In this document: in pieces, positions 31,380 through 41,382 of the stretch
Layout: each line of letters opens with the position of its first letter
Position numbering within the stretch: position 1 is the first letter of the stretch
From: a bacterium
GTDB lineage: Bacteria > Patescibacteriota > Minisyncoccia > UBA6257 > 02-FULL-45-10c
DNA: 63,434 bases
Direction: 5' to 3'
Assembly: GCA_030646915.1 (NCBI GenBank)
Contig: JAUSKT010000001.1
Location: forward strand, 1-63,434
Translations under genes and position numbers: made by a program
Notes under the pieces: model-generated
What the model was told of the DNA's origin: nothing
Database searches by the model: none
The model's input: the letters and a program-made list of their open reading frames with translations, nothing else

Positions 31380-32570
31380 TTATACTCTAGTAACATGCCT
31401 GTTTAAATGAATAAATGTTAACAAGCCCATCAGCATCATAACCGCCCCATAAATCAACGCCATATTTGATCCCACAATAGTCCAGATAGATCCGCCGATT
31501 ACTCCGGCTAAAAGCGAAGAAAATCCTACGGCAGCATTTAAAAATCCTTGGCCGGTCGCTAACTTATTTGCCGGAACCAGCCTGGAAGCTAGAGCGCGCT
31601 CCACTCCGTCAGTCATGGCAGAATAAATTCCAAAAATAATAAATCCTAAAATAACGCTTAGCATGTTGGAAAATAAAGCTAAACTTAAATAAGAAAAAAT
31701 TGCCGCTAAAAATCCAAACATTAATACTTTTTTCTCCCCAATCTTATCGGATAATTTGCCGGCCGGGATAGCGCAAATCACAAAAGACAAATTATAAACA
31801 AAATACATTAAAGGCATGGAAAACCCATTTAATCCTACTTCTTGAGATTTTAATAGGAGAAGCGCCACTGGCATCACGCCTAATCCAAAAATAAAAACTG
31901 CTAAAAGATACTCCTTAAATTCTAAGCTGTATTCTTTAAGGGAAAAACTGAACGGAGGGTGGACGGCTTTTTCCATTTCCGTATGCCCCGCCACGTCTTT
32001 AACAAAAATAAAAGTTAAAACAGCTAAAATTCCAATTACAAAACTGATGCGGAAAAGCAGCCGATAATCATTCATAATCATTGGCATTAAAATTACTGCC
32101 GCTAATGGCCCGAGAGTGGCGCCCACAGTATCCATTGCCCGATGATATCCGAAAGATTTCCCTAATTCATTCGAAAAAACAGACTCTGAAATTAAGGCAT
32201 CTCTTGGAGAATCGCGCAAACCCTTGCCAGTTCGATCGATTGCTCTCAAAATAAAAACTTGCCAAAAATTTCCCACCAAAGATAAAAACCAGCGTGTTGA
32301 AACAGAAATAGTATAACCGCTGATTGCTAAAATTTTCCTTTTGCCAATCTTATCCGAAAACCAACCGAAATAAATCTTTAAAGTGCTAGCTAGCGCATCC
32401 GCAAATCCTTCAATAAAACCGACGAAAACCGGCGGAGCGCCTAAAACCACTGTCAAAAAACCCGGCATTACCGAGTACATCATTTCCGCGGAAAAATCAT
32501 TGAATAAGCTGACTATTCCAAGTGAAAATACATTTTTCTGAAGACCAAAAATTTTCTTATCTTTTCCCAT
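31380..32570 (-). CDS. MFS transporter
   Basis: 396 aa, about 12 TM segments, DRTGKGLR-type loop motif. Confidence 0.8.
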   Translation of the reverse strand: MGKDKKIFGLQKNVFSLGIVSLFNDFSAEMMYSVMPGFLTVVLGAPPVFVGFIEGFADALASTLKIYFGWFSDKIGKRKILAISGYTISVSTRWFLSLVGNFWQVFILRAIDRTGKGLRDSPRDALISESVFSNELGKSFGYHRAMDTVGATLGPLAAVILMPMIMNDYRLLFRISFVIGILAVLTFIFVKDVAGHTEMEKAVHPPFSFSLKEYSLEFKEYLLAVFIFGLGVMPVALLLLKSQEVGLNGFSMPLMYFVYNLSFVICAIPAGKLSDKIGEKKVLMFGFLAAIFSYLSLALFSNMLSVILGFIIFGIYSAMTDGVERALASRLVPANKLATGQGFLNAAVGFSSLLAGVIGGSIWTIVGSNMALIYGAVMMLMGLLTFIHLNRHVTRV

Positions 32571-32590
32571 AAGCTTCTATATATAAGACT

Positions 32591-33049
32591 CTACTTTAAC
32601 ACAATCTTATCACCCTCTCTAATACCCAATTTTTTGACTAAACCGGCATTAATTTCTAAAACTTTATCTACTGCCTCTGACGGATTATACAATTGGACAT
32701 TGACACTGCTGGCGGGAGGCAAATTTTCCGAAAAACCGATTACCTTATTATCCCTTATCCAAATAATATCCAGCGGAAATTTCATGCCCGCCATCCAAAA
32801 GCTTCTTTGGCCTAAATCAGGAAAAATAAAAAGCATTCCTTGATTTTCCGGCAAACTATCCCTTCCAGATAATCCGCGCGCTTGATTTAATACATTATCT
32901 GCTATTTCCACTTCAAAACTCTGGCTGCCAATTTCCAAAATAGAAAAATTCTTCTTTTTATCCTGCAATAAAAATCCGGATACTAATCCTAAAATAATTA
33001 AAAAAATAAATGCCACAATGCTTAGTAAAATTCTTCTCAGTTTATCCAT
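32591..33049 (-). CDS. DUF192-domain protein
   Basis: GLSGRDSLPENQGMLFIF...FWMAGMKFPLDIIW. Confidence 0.75.
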   Translation of the reverse strand: MDKLRRILLSIVAFIFLIILGLVSGFLLQDKKKNFSILEIGSQSFEVEIADNVLNQARGLSGRDSLPENQGMLFIFPDLGQRSFWMAGMKFPLDIIWIRDNKVIGFSENLPPASSVNVQLYNPSEAVDKVLEINAGLVKKLGIREGDKIVLK

Positions 33050-33532
33050 TTATTTATATAATAACCCAAAAACTACTATCCCAAATGCGACCGAAACATT
33101 TAAAGATTCTTTTTTGCCCCTCATTGGAATTTCCAAAATTTTATCGCACTTTTTTAAAATTGCCTGCGACAAGCCGCTAACTTCGTTGCCAAAAATCAAT
33201 GCGACTTTTGACTTTTGACTTTTGACTTTGGACTTATAGTACGGAACTGATTTTTTGTTTTGTTCAACTGCAAAAACTTTATACCCTTCTTTTTTTAACT
33301 TTTCGAGTAACTTTAAAGTTGCTCGTGGTGAGCGCGCCGAATCATCCCAAGGCACGCTTTTTTCCGCTCCTAAAGAAACCTTCGCCAATTGTGGCCTAAA
33401 CCGACCAAATAGGTCGGTCGGCCGAGGCGTAATTCCGCAAAGATAGATCTTCTCAATCCCCGTCGCATCCCCCGTCCGGAAAATCGAACCTACATTATAT
33501 AAGCTCCGTATATTGACTAATATTACTATCAT
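33050..33532 (-). CDS. SpoU/TrmH-family RNA 2'-O-methyltransferase
   Basis: NVGSIFRTGDA...LIFGNEVSGLS...EIPMRGKKESLNVSVAFGI. Confidence 0.85.
   Translation of the reverse strand: MIVILVNIRSLYNVGSIFRTGDATGIEKIYLCGITPRPTDLFGRFRPQLAKVSLGAEKSVPWDDSARSPRATLKLLEKLKKEGYKVFAVEQNKKSVPYYKSKVKSQKSKVALIFGNEVSGLSQAILKKCDKILEIPMRGKKESLNVSVAFGIVVFGLLYK
33203..33237. repeat. Heptanucleotide tandem repeat (GACTTTT x3 plus 2 degenerate units) inside the methyltransferase CDS
   Basis: Read directly. Encodes KSKVKSQKSKV. Confidence 0.85.
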
Positions 33533-33580
33533 TGTTATAATATAAGCAGAAAATGACTTTTTAGGAAGAGGGGGGCGATA

Positions 33581-34177
33581 ATGAACCTTAAAAACTTAAT
33601 ACTGCCGATGCTTCTAATTCTATCACTGGCTGGATGCGAAGAAGAGCCGATTGATGATATTTTAATGAATAAAATATGGCTAGAAGCAATTACCTTAATC
33701 CAAATACCTCCCGCTACTCCGATTCCTGAAATAAAATTTTTAGAAGAATGCCCCGATATAGGCAAGTGCAAAAAAGAAAAATTTAAAGACCTGGATAACT
33801 GCCCCCACAAAAACCCGGATATCCTTGGAACATGGCATGATTCAATCATACGAATTTGCCTTAATAACATCTACGAAAATAATTGGAGTCATGATAAATA
33901 CTATGCTTATTACCACATACACTTCAGCTACAAGCACAAAAGGGCTATGTTTTATGGAACAGTCGCTCATGAAATGCTCCATCATGCTCTTTTTTTAAAA
34001 GGACGCAGTAATAATCATGAGCATCAGCTGATGAAAGATGAAAAGCTGATTGAAAAAATGATGGATTTAATCAGCGATCACCTTAAATTGCCAAAAGATG
34101 GAATACAGAAAGAACCTCCTCTCAGATCCTTAGATCGCGGAATAAAATTAGATAAAGAAAAGGCCGAGAAAGACTAA
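33581..34177 (+). CDS. Putative lipoprotein with HExxH zinc-metalloprotease motif
   Basis: Lipobox LSLAGC and VAHEMLHHAL. Confidence 0.6.
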   Translation: MNLKNLILPMLLILSLAGCEEEPIDDILMNKIWLEAITLIQIPPATPIPEIKFLEECPDIGKCKKEKFKDLDNCPHKNPDILGTWHDSIIRICLNNIYENNWSHDKYYAYYHIHFSYKHKRAMFYGTVAHEMLHHALFLKGRSNNHEHQLMKDEKLIEKMMDLISDHLKLPKDGIQKEPPLRSLDRGIKLDKEKAEKD

Positions 34178-34264
34178 GAAACGCCGGAAAAACCGAAAAA
34201 AAATTATAAAATTTTTAAAAAATCTGGGAATTCAAAAAGGGATTATTTGAAATGTTTATAATGT

Positions 34265-34290
34265 AAAAGCGGCCTAAGGCCGCTTTTTTT
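34265..34290. terminator. Bidirectional intrinsic terminator AAAAGCGGCC-taa-GGCCGCTTTTTTT
   Basis: Read directly, between convergent genes. Confidence 0.7.
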
Positions 34291-34298
34291 AATCTTTT

Positions 34299-34793
34299 TT
34301 ATTCTTTGCTGAAAAAAAGAAATTTAACTGAAAAAACTATGATGCCCAAACCTAATAATACATCCCCAATGCTGAAAAGTATGTCCAGGCGCTGAAAATA
34401 AATCCAATCTGAAAGAAACGGCAAAATGGTTTCATTGGTCATTGGTGTATGCCGTAAAGTTTCCGCAGGGAGATCTATGGATGGCATCCTGCCCCCGTTT
34501 AAAACCACCACCAGCATATTTGAAAATTGGCCCAGCGCGTAAATCGCAATTCCAATCTCTTTGTAATTATCAATAAGGCATAAAAGCGCTATGGTTCCGA
34601 AAGTGATTGCCTCAATTACCGGCAGATTATTAGAAAGTTCGGAAATTTCAGCTAAATAAAATATTACAAAGGCGGCAGTCGCGTAGACAAATGATCGCCA
34701 ATTTATGCTTGCCACTGCTTTTTGGGATTTTAAAAAAACCAGGGCAAAAAGTATAAACAAAGATGGCAACAAAAAGCCCCATTGCTGAATCAT
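34299..34793 (-). CDS. Membrane protein, DUF5317-like
   Basis: 164 aa with 4-5 TM segments. The NMLVVVLNGGRMPS motif resembles the family's NGG(K/R)MPV, recalled from memory. Confidence 0.5.
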   Translation of the reverse strand: MIQQWGFLLPSLFILFALVFLKSQKAVASINWRSFVYATAAFVIFYLAEISELSNNLPVIEAITFGTIALLCLIDNYKEIGIAIYALGQFSNMLVVVLNGGRMPSIDLPAETLRHTPMTNETILPFLSDWIYFQRLDILFSIGDVLLGLGIIVFSVKFLFFSKE

Positions 34794-34883
34794 TTTTTAT
34801 TCTATTTTCAATGCTAACCTAAACTACTTATAAAATAACATGGAATTTATAAAAAAGAAAACCGCCTTTGAGCGGTTTAAAAT

Positions 34884-35177
34884 TTAATTGCGGTTTCGGT
34901 AATGCCAGATAACAGCGAAAAGCGCTCCCCCTAAAACTATCTGGCAAATACAGCAGACAATCTGGGTGAAATTATTAAGTTCAAGGCCATAAAAAAGCCA
35001 GGCAACTGGAACTAAAGTTCCAAGTGTCGTCCGGGTTAAAGAAACTTGCTTGGAACTTTTATGCTCAATAATCAAACGGATCTGATCCGTAATTCCGATT
35101 GTAAGAATAACCACTGTCACTACCGGCGCTATCACTCCCCAGCTCCAGCTTATACCGTTAAACAATTTACTCTCCAA
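34884..35177 (-). CDS. Small 3-TM protein, possibly SemiSWEET/PQ-loop-like
   Basis: 97 aa. DQIRLIIEHKSSKQVSL occupies the PQ-loop position. A weak call. Confidence 0.4.
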   Translation of the reverse strand: MESKLFNGISWSWGVIAPVVTVVILTIGITDQIRLIIEHKSSKQVSLTRTTLGTLVPVAWLFYGLELNNFTQIVCCICQIVLGGALFAVIWHYRNRN

Positions 35178-35285
35178 TTAACAAGTAAAAGAACTTCTGG
35201 ATATTCTAACAAATTTATTCCTGAAAGTAAATTAAAAAAATCACTTGTATTATACTAGCCATGGCTGGAATAATACAAGTAAATA

Positions 35286-35317
35286 AAAACGCCCATTACC
35301 TTTTACGGTAATGGGCG
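35286..35317 (-). terminator. Intrinsic terminator after 35334-35618
   Basis: Minus strand CGCCCATTACCgtaaaaGGTAATGGGCG followed by TTTTT. Confidence 0.7.
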
Positions 35318-35333
35318 CTCGGTGGCAGAATGC

Positions 35334-35618
35334 TTATCTGCCGGTCCGCTCGAAGTACTCTTTGGACGCCGTGATGCAGAAGAAGTTCGTCCAGTCTCCC
35401 GAGTCATAGACGTCGTACGTGATGCAATGCGTATGGAAATACTCGGGTTCGATCTGGATCTCTTCCATCGTGATGCCAGGCCACTTGGCCTGGATCTTTT
35501 CGTAAAGCTCCTGAAAGTTCATGCCCAGAGTCCCTTCGATGTAGAGGGTCTCTTTGGTTTCCTCGGGCCAGCGCTGTGCATCTTGTTCCCTATAGCTTCT
35601 CTCGGTTATCGCAGCCAT
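35334..35618 (-). CDS. Hypothetical protein (94 aa) in a G+C-rich patch
   Basis: TTGACA-17-TATACT promoter and AGGAGA SD 5 nt before the ATG. The composition is unlike the neighbours. Confidence 0.6.
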   Translation of the reverse strand: MAAITERSYREQDAQRWPEETKETLYIEGTLGMNFQELYEKIQAKWPGITMEEIQIEPEYFHTHCITYDVYDSGDWTNFFCITASKEYFERTGR

Positions 35619-35720
35619 GATAATCTCCTATTTATAAATTTAACTTCTGAACTAATGATAGTATAATATATTTTCTTTAATCTGTCAAACAAAAATAAAA
35701 AAACCGGCTTATATAGCCGG

Positions 35721-35930
35721 TCATTTGTAGAGTCGGATGCTTTTAACAATGTATTCCAAATTACCAACGTGGGTTGAGATTAGTAATGCATCGGCAATTT
35801 TCTTTGCTGATTCCCTAGCTTTCTTAATATCCAAACTCCACAACAAAACAACAATAATATCTTCTGTTTTATCTTTTCTAAGGTTTATCCCTTCAGCGGT
35901 TTGTAAAAGTTCAATTCTGTAGTGCTTCAT
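35721..35930 (-). CDS. Small hypothetical protein (69 aa)
   Basis: AAGGAG SD 6 nt before the ATG. Strand-helix-strand pattern similar to the small ORFs at 10.8-12.3 kb. Confidence 0.5.
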   Translation of the reverse strand: MKHYRIELLQTAEGINLRKDKTEDIIVVLLWSLDIKKARESAKKIADALLISTHVGNLEYIVKSIRLYK

Positions 35931-35995
35931 CCAAATCTCCTTTTCAAAAATCTTAACTACAAATATCCTACAAAAAAATCAAAATTAAATCAACC

Positions 35996-38900
35996 CTACT
36001 CCTCAAAATAAATTTTCTTATTATAAGCCGCTACTTTATTAAAATTGCTCCCGCTTAAACTATAAAATCCTAAAGTAATATAATCGCTCGTAGAAAAAGT
36101 ATGAGTGATAGTGCCGCTGTCGCTAAAAACTCCCAAAACATTTGTGGATAAATCCATTTGTCCTAAAGTCAAACTATTTCTGGAATATCTTGTACTTAAT
36201 CCAGAACCGCTAGTCAGGCAACTGCTTGAATTATGCATTAATAATCCTCCAAGTATAGTGGCATTGTTATTATCGCAAGCGCTATAACCTAAACTTAAAA
36301 CTGTATTAACTCCGCCAATTCCCCAGCGTTCAACAAAATTAGAAAAGGACGAACTGACCGGCGGCGATTGATTTAAAAAGAAAATAATCGCGCTTGGCGT
36401 CCCGCTTGCCATAAACGGATACGGATTAGAACTAAAAGCGACAGCTACCGAAGAACTGCTGGTTAAATGCCCCCAGCGAATATTATTTAATCCATACGGA
36501 GGCGGCGTTTCCGGAACCGAAAAAACTGCTGTAACGGATTGAGAAATATCTCCAAAATCATCTTTGGCGCGAAGAGCAATATTATAAGTTTTACCCGGTT
36601 CAACACTAATATTTAAACTTGTCCCAAAAACAGCTGTCCAGCCGCTATCGCTTAACGTAGTAGTGGAATAATTAATTTGATAAGTAATTAATGCATCTAA
36701 AGTATCAGCATCTTTAGAACTATCCCATGTAGCCGCTAAAATCGAAGTGGTTGCATTATGGCTTAAACTTAGGTTACTTGGTGTTGCTGGAGCTTGATGG
36801 ACTGGCGCTATATTTTGGAAAAAATATTTATTTCTATCCAATGCGGCCAAATTAAATTTCTGATCTCCTCCGCCAGAACTAGCCAAGGAATACATCGCAA
36901 CTGTAACAAAATCTTGCGAAGTAAAGGTAATGCCGCTGGTAGTGGTGGCCAGCTCCAATAAAATATAGGGGTCTTCCAAATTACTCCAACTAAACGCCCT
37001 ATTCTCTACGCCGCCGCCATTAGAACATCGCGAAAAACTGTCTGGAAGAACTAATGAGTAATAGCGGGAATTACCTCCAGTACAATTTTCATATCTTATA
37101 TCTAAAACTCCAGCGGTATTAGCCGGCTGCCAATTATTGACAGTATTTAATACCAGCTCTTTCGGCGCATCTTTATTAAGATAAAATACCAAAATCTTCC
37201 AGCTACTCCAGATGCCAGTTTGATAAATATCTGGCACAAAAGGATAATTATTATAATAAAAATCCAAAAGATATTTCTGGCTGGTAGAACTGCGGGTATC
37301 GTGATAAAAATATAAGTTAGTCAGCGGACTCGCGGCATTAATACTGGCAATTGTAGCATTGGATAATAAATTTTCCCGATCTTTGGCTAAAATATTAAAA
37401 TAAAAATCTGTCCCGACTTCATTAATTTTAAATTTATAGGTGGTGGTTGAATTTAATTCTATTAAAGATTTTAGGGTGTCCGGCGAAGAGGTTCCGTAAT
37501 TTAAAATATATTTTATAGTAGAGGTGGATTCAGAATAATCTTTAGATTGATCCCAATTTAAAATCAGCTCCATCGTGCTGGAGCTGTAACTTACATTAAA
37601 ATTTGCTGCCACAGTCGGCTGGCTGCGGGGTTCTGGAAAACTTTTGGAATTTTGGGGATTGGAAGCTGCGCGAATTTCAAAATCACTGCTGTTGCTATTA
37701 GTATCACAACTATTTCCAAGAAATTCGCCACTGCCACTTGCTGAAACACAGCCAGAAGAAAAAACTTTTCTCTCTAAACTCTGATTTGCTCCTGGATTAG
37801 TTGCAAAAACTGTTCCTTCAACAAAATTAGACTGGTTTTCTCCCCAACCAACGCTATCAATAATAATCCCTGTATCTGCCGGGCCTTGCCGAAGCGCAAT
37901 TCCATTGTCATCAGCTATTGTTGCAGTTGTCGTCGCATCTGGCGCAACCGCAATACTTGTGTAATTACTTGATGCCCAAAGATAAAATCCTTTTGCTGGA
38001 ACAAATTCATCGCCAATCCAAGATTTAATTGAGGTATCGGAAGTTCCAGTTTTAGTTCTTTTTACCAACCGATATCCGTTTAAATTTATCGGTAAATTGG
38101 TAGAATTATAAAGTTCCACAAAATCATTAGTAGTTTGACCAGCGCCGCCAGTAGTTTGCACCTCACTGATTACCAAATGGTTTGCTTGCTCTGAGCTAGT
38201 CGAAGGGTTGTCATTATTTATCGTAGTTGTTGTCGCAGCCGCAGTCGCAGTCGAATTAGTTTCTGTGCTAATTACATTTTGAGTAACACCGCCAGATTGA
38301 AAAACTACTGCCGGGCTATTTTCTGCTTTTGGCGTTCCCATCATTAATAAAGAACCAAGAGTTTGGCCGTTGCCATTATAAGTATTCCAACTTAAATTAA
38401 TCTGGCGTTCCATTGTCCGCCGCGCTTCAGAAATTCCTGCTGGCCAATCTGTCGCCGCCATAATCTCATCTATTAAATTGCAATCACTATCAAAAAGCCT
38501 TAGGCCCTCATTAGTATTAGAAAGCGCTCCGGAATAAATTACATCGGCAGTAATCGTGGGCGCTGAACTATCATCTGTGCGCTCCAAAAGTAAAAATCCG
38601 CCAGCCGGAACTTTTTTATTTTCTAGGGTAATTTTAATCTGTTCCCCCTGATCCAATAATTGCCATCCGGAAATATCCAGCGGAACTCCGGAAATATTTT
38701 TAAGTTCAATCCACTCGTCATTTGCGCTATTAGCAGTCCCCATCCAGGCAACTTCATTAATTAATAAATTTTGATGGCTGGGTGTCTTATTAGTATTATA
38801 AGTGCAGACTTGGATTGGTTTTAATGGGGTGCTAGCAGTTTGAGTATTAGTATTTAAAACATTAGTTGTTGGCAGTTTATTATCAGCAAGCGCCTGCCCC

Positions 38901-40039
38901 GCAACGCTCTCGGTGGCATCTTCATCTTGCGTATCTGAAGTATTTAAATTTTCTTGCGGACTATTAGATTGATTAATTTCATTATTAAGAAAATTATTTG
39001 CAATCACTCTATTTGTCTTTTCGGCGACTGCCGTATTATTTAAATTAATTTCAGATAAAAGTGCTAAACCGCTAGTGTTAATGCCCTTATTCACGAGTTC
39101 TTTTAAAAAAGTTCCAGCTATAACAGCGCCATTTTGAAGAGCAGCAAGGGCTGAAATAGAATCGTTATATACAGTCTCTCCAACCAACGCGATAGTTCCA
39201 TTCGCTGCCACTACGCCAGCGGCCGCAGTGTCGGCAACTGCAAAAACAGATTTTTGGGCGTAATAAGTTAAACTTTTTGCCGGAGGCGTAAAACAGCCGG
39301 CATTGGCTAAGTTTGTAATTTCCGTGGCAACAAGTTTTTTAAGAACATTCTCGCTGTCAGAAACTATGCGGGCTGAATCATTAGCAAGATATACTCCGCT
39401 AAAAGAATGTCCTCCAAAAGAATTAGCCGCCTCCTCTGCCGTAAGAGGAATATTGATATTAGCAGAAAGCGGCTGTTTAGCTCCAATTTTAAAAGCCGCC
39501 CCACGGACAGCATTTATGACTTTATCATTTTCTGAAGTAAGATATTTTCCACTTGCAGTGAGCTGTGCCGAACTGTCGCCTGAAACAGAACTAGCGGGCG
39601 TTGCAATATTATATACTCCAACTGACTCCTTTGATTCGCCGTTCTTTAGAAGATAATTATAAATTTCATTTGTATAAAAAGTTCCCTGCGAATGCCCCAC
39701 TAGAAGAATTTTTCGAGTAGTCACTTCCGGATATATCTGAAGAAGAATTGTGTCACGATCGTAGTTATTAATAGAAGAACCAAGTAGTTGAGACGCTGAT
39801 TCAATTAAATCGCCAGCGCCAGCAAGATGAGATTGATTGTAGCCGTTAGTAAATTTTAGAGAATAATCACCAGTATTTTTTATATATTCAACTTGTAACG
39901 TGCCTAAATCTTTTTTAGCATCAGAATAATTTGTTAATATTCCATTAACATAAACCACCGTCGCACCAGAAGAACTACAAGAAGCAAAAACAACAAAGGG
40001 GAAAGATATAATAACAATTACTAAAATAAAAATCCGCAT
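35996..40039 (-). CDS. Giant secreted protein: N-terminal alpha/beta-hydrolase (lipase-like), two lamin-tail domains, FN3-like repeats
   Basis: Signal peptide; LLVGHSQGTFY (GxSxG); LINEVAWMGT...DEWIELKN and LVISEVQTTGG...NDFVELYN (LTD signatures). The ATG at 40039 is preferred over the TTG at 40045. Confidence 0.85.
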   Translation of the reverse strand: MRIFILVIVIISFPFVVFASCSSSGATVVYVNGILTNYSDAKKDLGTLQVEYIKNTGDYSLKFTNGYNQSHLAGAGDLIESASQLLGSSINNYDRDTILLQIYPEVTTRKILLVGHSQGTFYTNEIYNYLLKNGESKESVGVYNIATPASSVSGDSSAQLTASGKYLTSENDKVINAVRGAAFKIGAKQPLSANINIPLTAEEAANSFGGHSFSGVYLANDSARIVSDSENVLKKLVATEITNLANAGCFTPPAKSLTYYAQKSVFAVADTAAAGVVAANGTIALVGETVYNDSISALAALQNGAVIAGTFLKELVNKGINTSGLALLSEINLNNTAVAEKTNRVIANNFLNNEINQSNSPQENLNTSDTQDEDATESVAGQALADNKLPTTNVLNTNTQTASTPLKPIQVCTYNTNKTPSHQNLLINEVAWMGTANSANDEWIELKNISGVPLDISGWQLLDQGEQIKITLENKKVPAGGFLLLERTDDSSAPTITADVIYSGALSNTNEGLRLFDSDCNLIDEIMAATDWPAGISEARRTMERQINLSWNTYNGNGQTLGSLLMMGTPKAENSPAVVFQSGGVTQNVISTETNSTATAAATTTTINNDNPSTSSEQANHLVISEVQTTGGAGQTTNDFVELYNSTNLPINLNGYRLVKRTKTGTSDTSIKSWIGDEFVPAKGFYLWASSNYTSIAVAPDATTTATIADDNGIALRQGPADTGIIIDSVGWGENQSNFVEGTVFATNPGANQSLERKVFSSGCVSASGSGEFLGNSCDTNSNSSDFEIRAASNPQNSKSFPEPRSQPTVAANFNVSYSSSTMELILNWDQSKDYSESTSTIKYILNYGTSSPDTLKSLIELNSTTTYKFKINEVGTDFYFNILAKDRENLLSNATIASINAASPLTNLYFYHDTRSSTSQKYLLDFYYNNYPFVPDIYQTGIWSSWKILVFYLNKDAPKELVLNTVNNWQPANTAGVLDIRYENCTGGNSRYYSLVLPDSFSRCSNGGGVENRAFSWSNLEDPYILLELATTTSGITFTSQDFVTVAMYSLASSGGGDQKFNLAALDRNKYFFQNIAPVHQAPATPSNLSLSHNATTSILAATWDSSKDADTLDALITYQINYSTTTLSDSGWTAVFGTSLNISVEPGKTYNIALRAKDDFGDISQSVTAVFSVPETPPPYGLNNIRWGHLTSSSSVAVAFSSNPYPFMASGTPSAIIFFLNQSPPVSSSFSNFVERWGIGGVNTVLSLGYSACDNNNATILGGLLMHNSSSCLTSGSGLSTRYSRNSLTLGQMDLSTNVLGVFSDSGTITHTFSTSDYITLGFYSLSGSNFNKVAAYNKKIYFEE

Positions 40040-40046
40040 ATTCAAA

Positions 40047-40640
40047 TTAATTGGTAAATGTATTTGGATTAATATCGCAATAATTCGAATTAGGAAGAGT
40101 GTATGATGTCATAAATTTCTTATATAAATCCTCCTTAGTTTTTTTACGAATCTCTGTATTAAACACAAGCTTTTCAATTTCTTGAGTTCGCTCCAAATCT
40201 AAAATACAAATATTTCCCCTACCCTCTTCCTGAATCGTAGCTACTAATGTTTCGCTATTAAACACATTAGCTAATTCATTCTGCAGTGCCATCGCATACT
40301 GCAATTCCGCCGCGCGGATGCGGGCAGAATCAGGATGAAGTTTAAAAATAGCGAGCTCTACATCATCGCGAATGCCATTATTATTAGCGTCAATTCCTTC
40401 AATAGTAGCGTCTTTTAAAGCTGGGTCGGGTTTCGGTGGCAAATTCTCCCCCATAACATCCGCCAAAGTAATTTTCTGCGCCTGTATTTTCTTCACAACT
40501 TCCTCCGTCTTCTGGCGTTCCATCACGGCCGGTATGCGATAAATAACCAAACCAGCAAAAAGTATAAAAATAATTGTAAGCGGGATACGTACAGCGTAAC
40601 TAATGCGATAAACAAGTTTAAAAAAGTCTTTGAAAAACAT
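40047..40640 (-). CDS. Membrane-anchored protein with a canonical EF-hand-type Ca-binding loop
   Basis: N-terminal TM segment. DANNNGIRDDVE fits D-x-[DN]-x-[DN]-G-x-[ILV]-x-x-x-E. Confidence 0.6.
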   Translation of the reverse strand: MFFKDFFKLVYRISYAVRIPLTIIFILFAGLVIYRIPAVMERQKTEEVVKKIQAQKITLADVMGENLPPKPDPALKDATIEGIDANNNGIRDDVELAIFKLHPDSARIRAAELQYAMALQNELANVFNSETLVATIQEEGRGNICILDLERTQEIEKLVFNTEIRKKTKEDLYKKFMTSYTLPNSNYCDINPNTFTN

Positions 40641-40649
40641 ACGCTGACT

Positions 40650-40678
40650 ATTCTACTTTATATTAAAAACTTCGTCAA
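40650..40678 (-). promoter_or_regulatory. Candidate promoter TTGACG-17-TAGAAT for the 40640-35996 operon
   Basis: Read on the minus strand, 28 nt downstream of the 40-bp palindrome. Confidence 0.5.
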
Positions 40679-40705
40679 TATCCGCTGAATACTTAGAATT
40701 ACTAT

Positions 40706-40745
40706 CCACCTCCTTATATTTGCTATAGCAAATATAAGGAGGTGG
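40706..40745. promoter_or_regulatory. 40-bp perfect palindrome CCACCTCCTTATATTTGC-TATA-GCAAATATAAGGAGGTGG
   Basis: Read directly. Sister palindrome at 41383-41420. Confidence 0.85.
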
Positions 40746-40779
40746 AATTTAAAATTTTAAAAAAACAATTAATAAGTTA

Positions 40780-41343
40780 TTAACTAGATAATAACTTATT
40801 AAAAATCTTTCTTAAATGAAAATCGTTATCTATGTCAGAAATAACTAATTGACGAAGGTGGGGTCGTATTTGATAAAACTCTATTAAAAAATCAATTTCA
40901 TTTTTACAATCATATGGATAAATAAATACACTTTTTTGATATTGAAAAAATCCTAAACGCTTTAAATGAAAACGTAATACTTCTCTAATTTTCTTTTTAC
41001 TATCGGGGATATCAAAAAGGACCATTCGCCATTTTCCATCCCACTTAATCGGTTTTTTAATATTCATATCTTCTAATTTGTATTCTAAAACCTTCTTATT
41101 GCCGCTATCTTTTAAAGTTATTTTAATTCTGCCATCTACTAACTCTTTCATATCAATTAATCTATTTTTGTAAAGTCCTTCAATAGCCCTTCTTAGAGAT
41201 TCCTCCTCAATCTTTTTCCATTCCCTATCTATACCCCTCAAGGTTCGAGATCGTTGTCCTGGCGTATAGCAAAGCCCAAGAGATAGATGCTTAAAAAGCA
41301 AAATAAGGATCTTTTTTTGAATTATTCCGATTCCACGCGACAT
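40780..41343 (-). CDS. PaaX-like transcriptional regulator (winged-helix N-terminus plus Cas2-like fold C-terminus)
   Basis: WDGKWRMVLFDIPDSKKKIREVLRFHLKRLGFFQYQKSVFIYP. Confidence 0.6.
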   Translation of the reverse strand: MSRGIGIIQKKILILLFKHLSLGLCYTPGQRSRTLRGIDREWKKIEEESLRRAIEGLYKNRLIDMKELVDGRIKITLKDSGNKKVLEYKLEDMNIKKPIKWDGKWRMVLFDIPDSKKKIREVLRFHLKRLGFFQYQKSVFIYPYDCKNEIDFLIEFYQIRPHLRQLVISDIDNDFHLRKIFNKLLSS

Positions 41344-41382
41344 ATAAAAATTAATTAAATTTATTATAAAGTAATAGTATAT

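Noticed and set aside
33535-33870. 111-aa minus-strand ORF.
   Set aside because: It lies antisense to the lipoprotein/HExxH gene, which has a lipobox and a metalloprotease motif. It has no motifs of its own.
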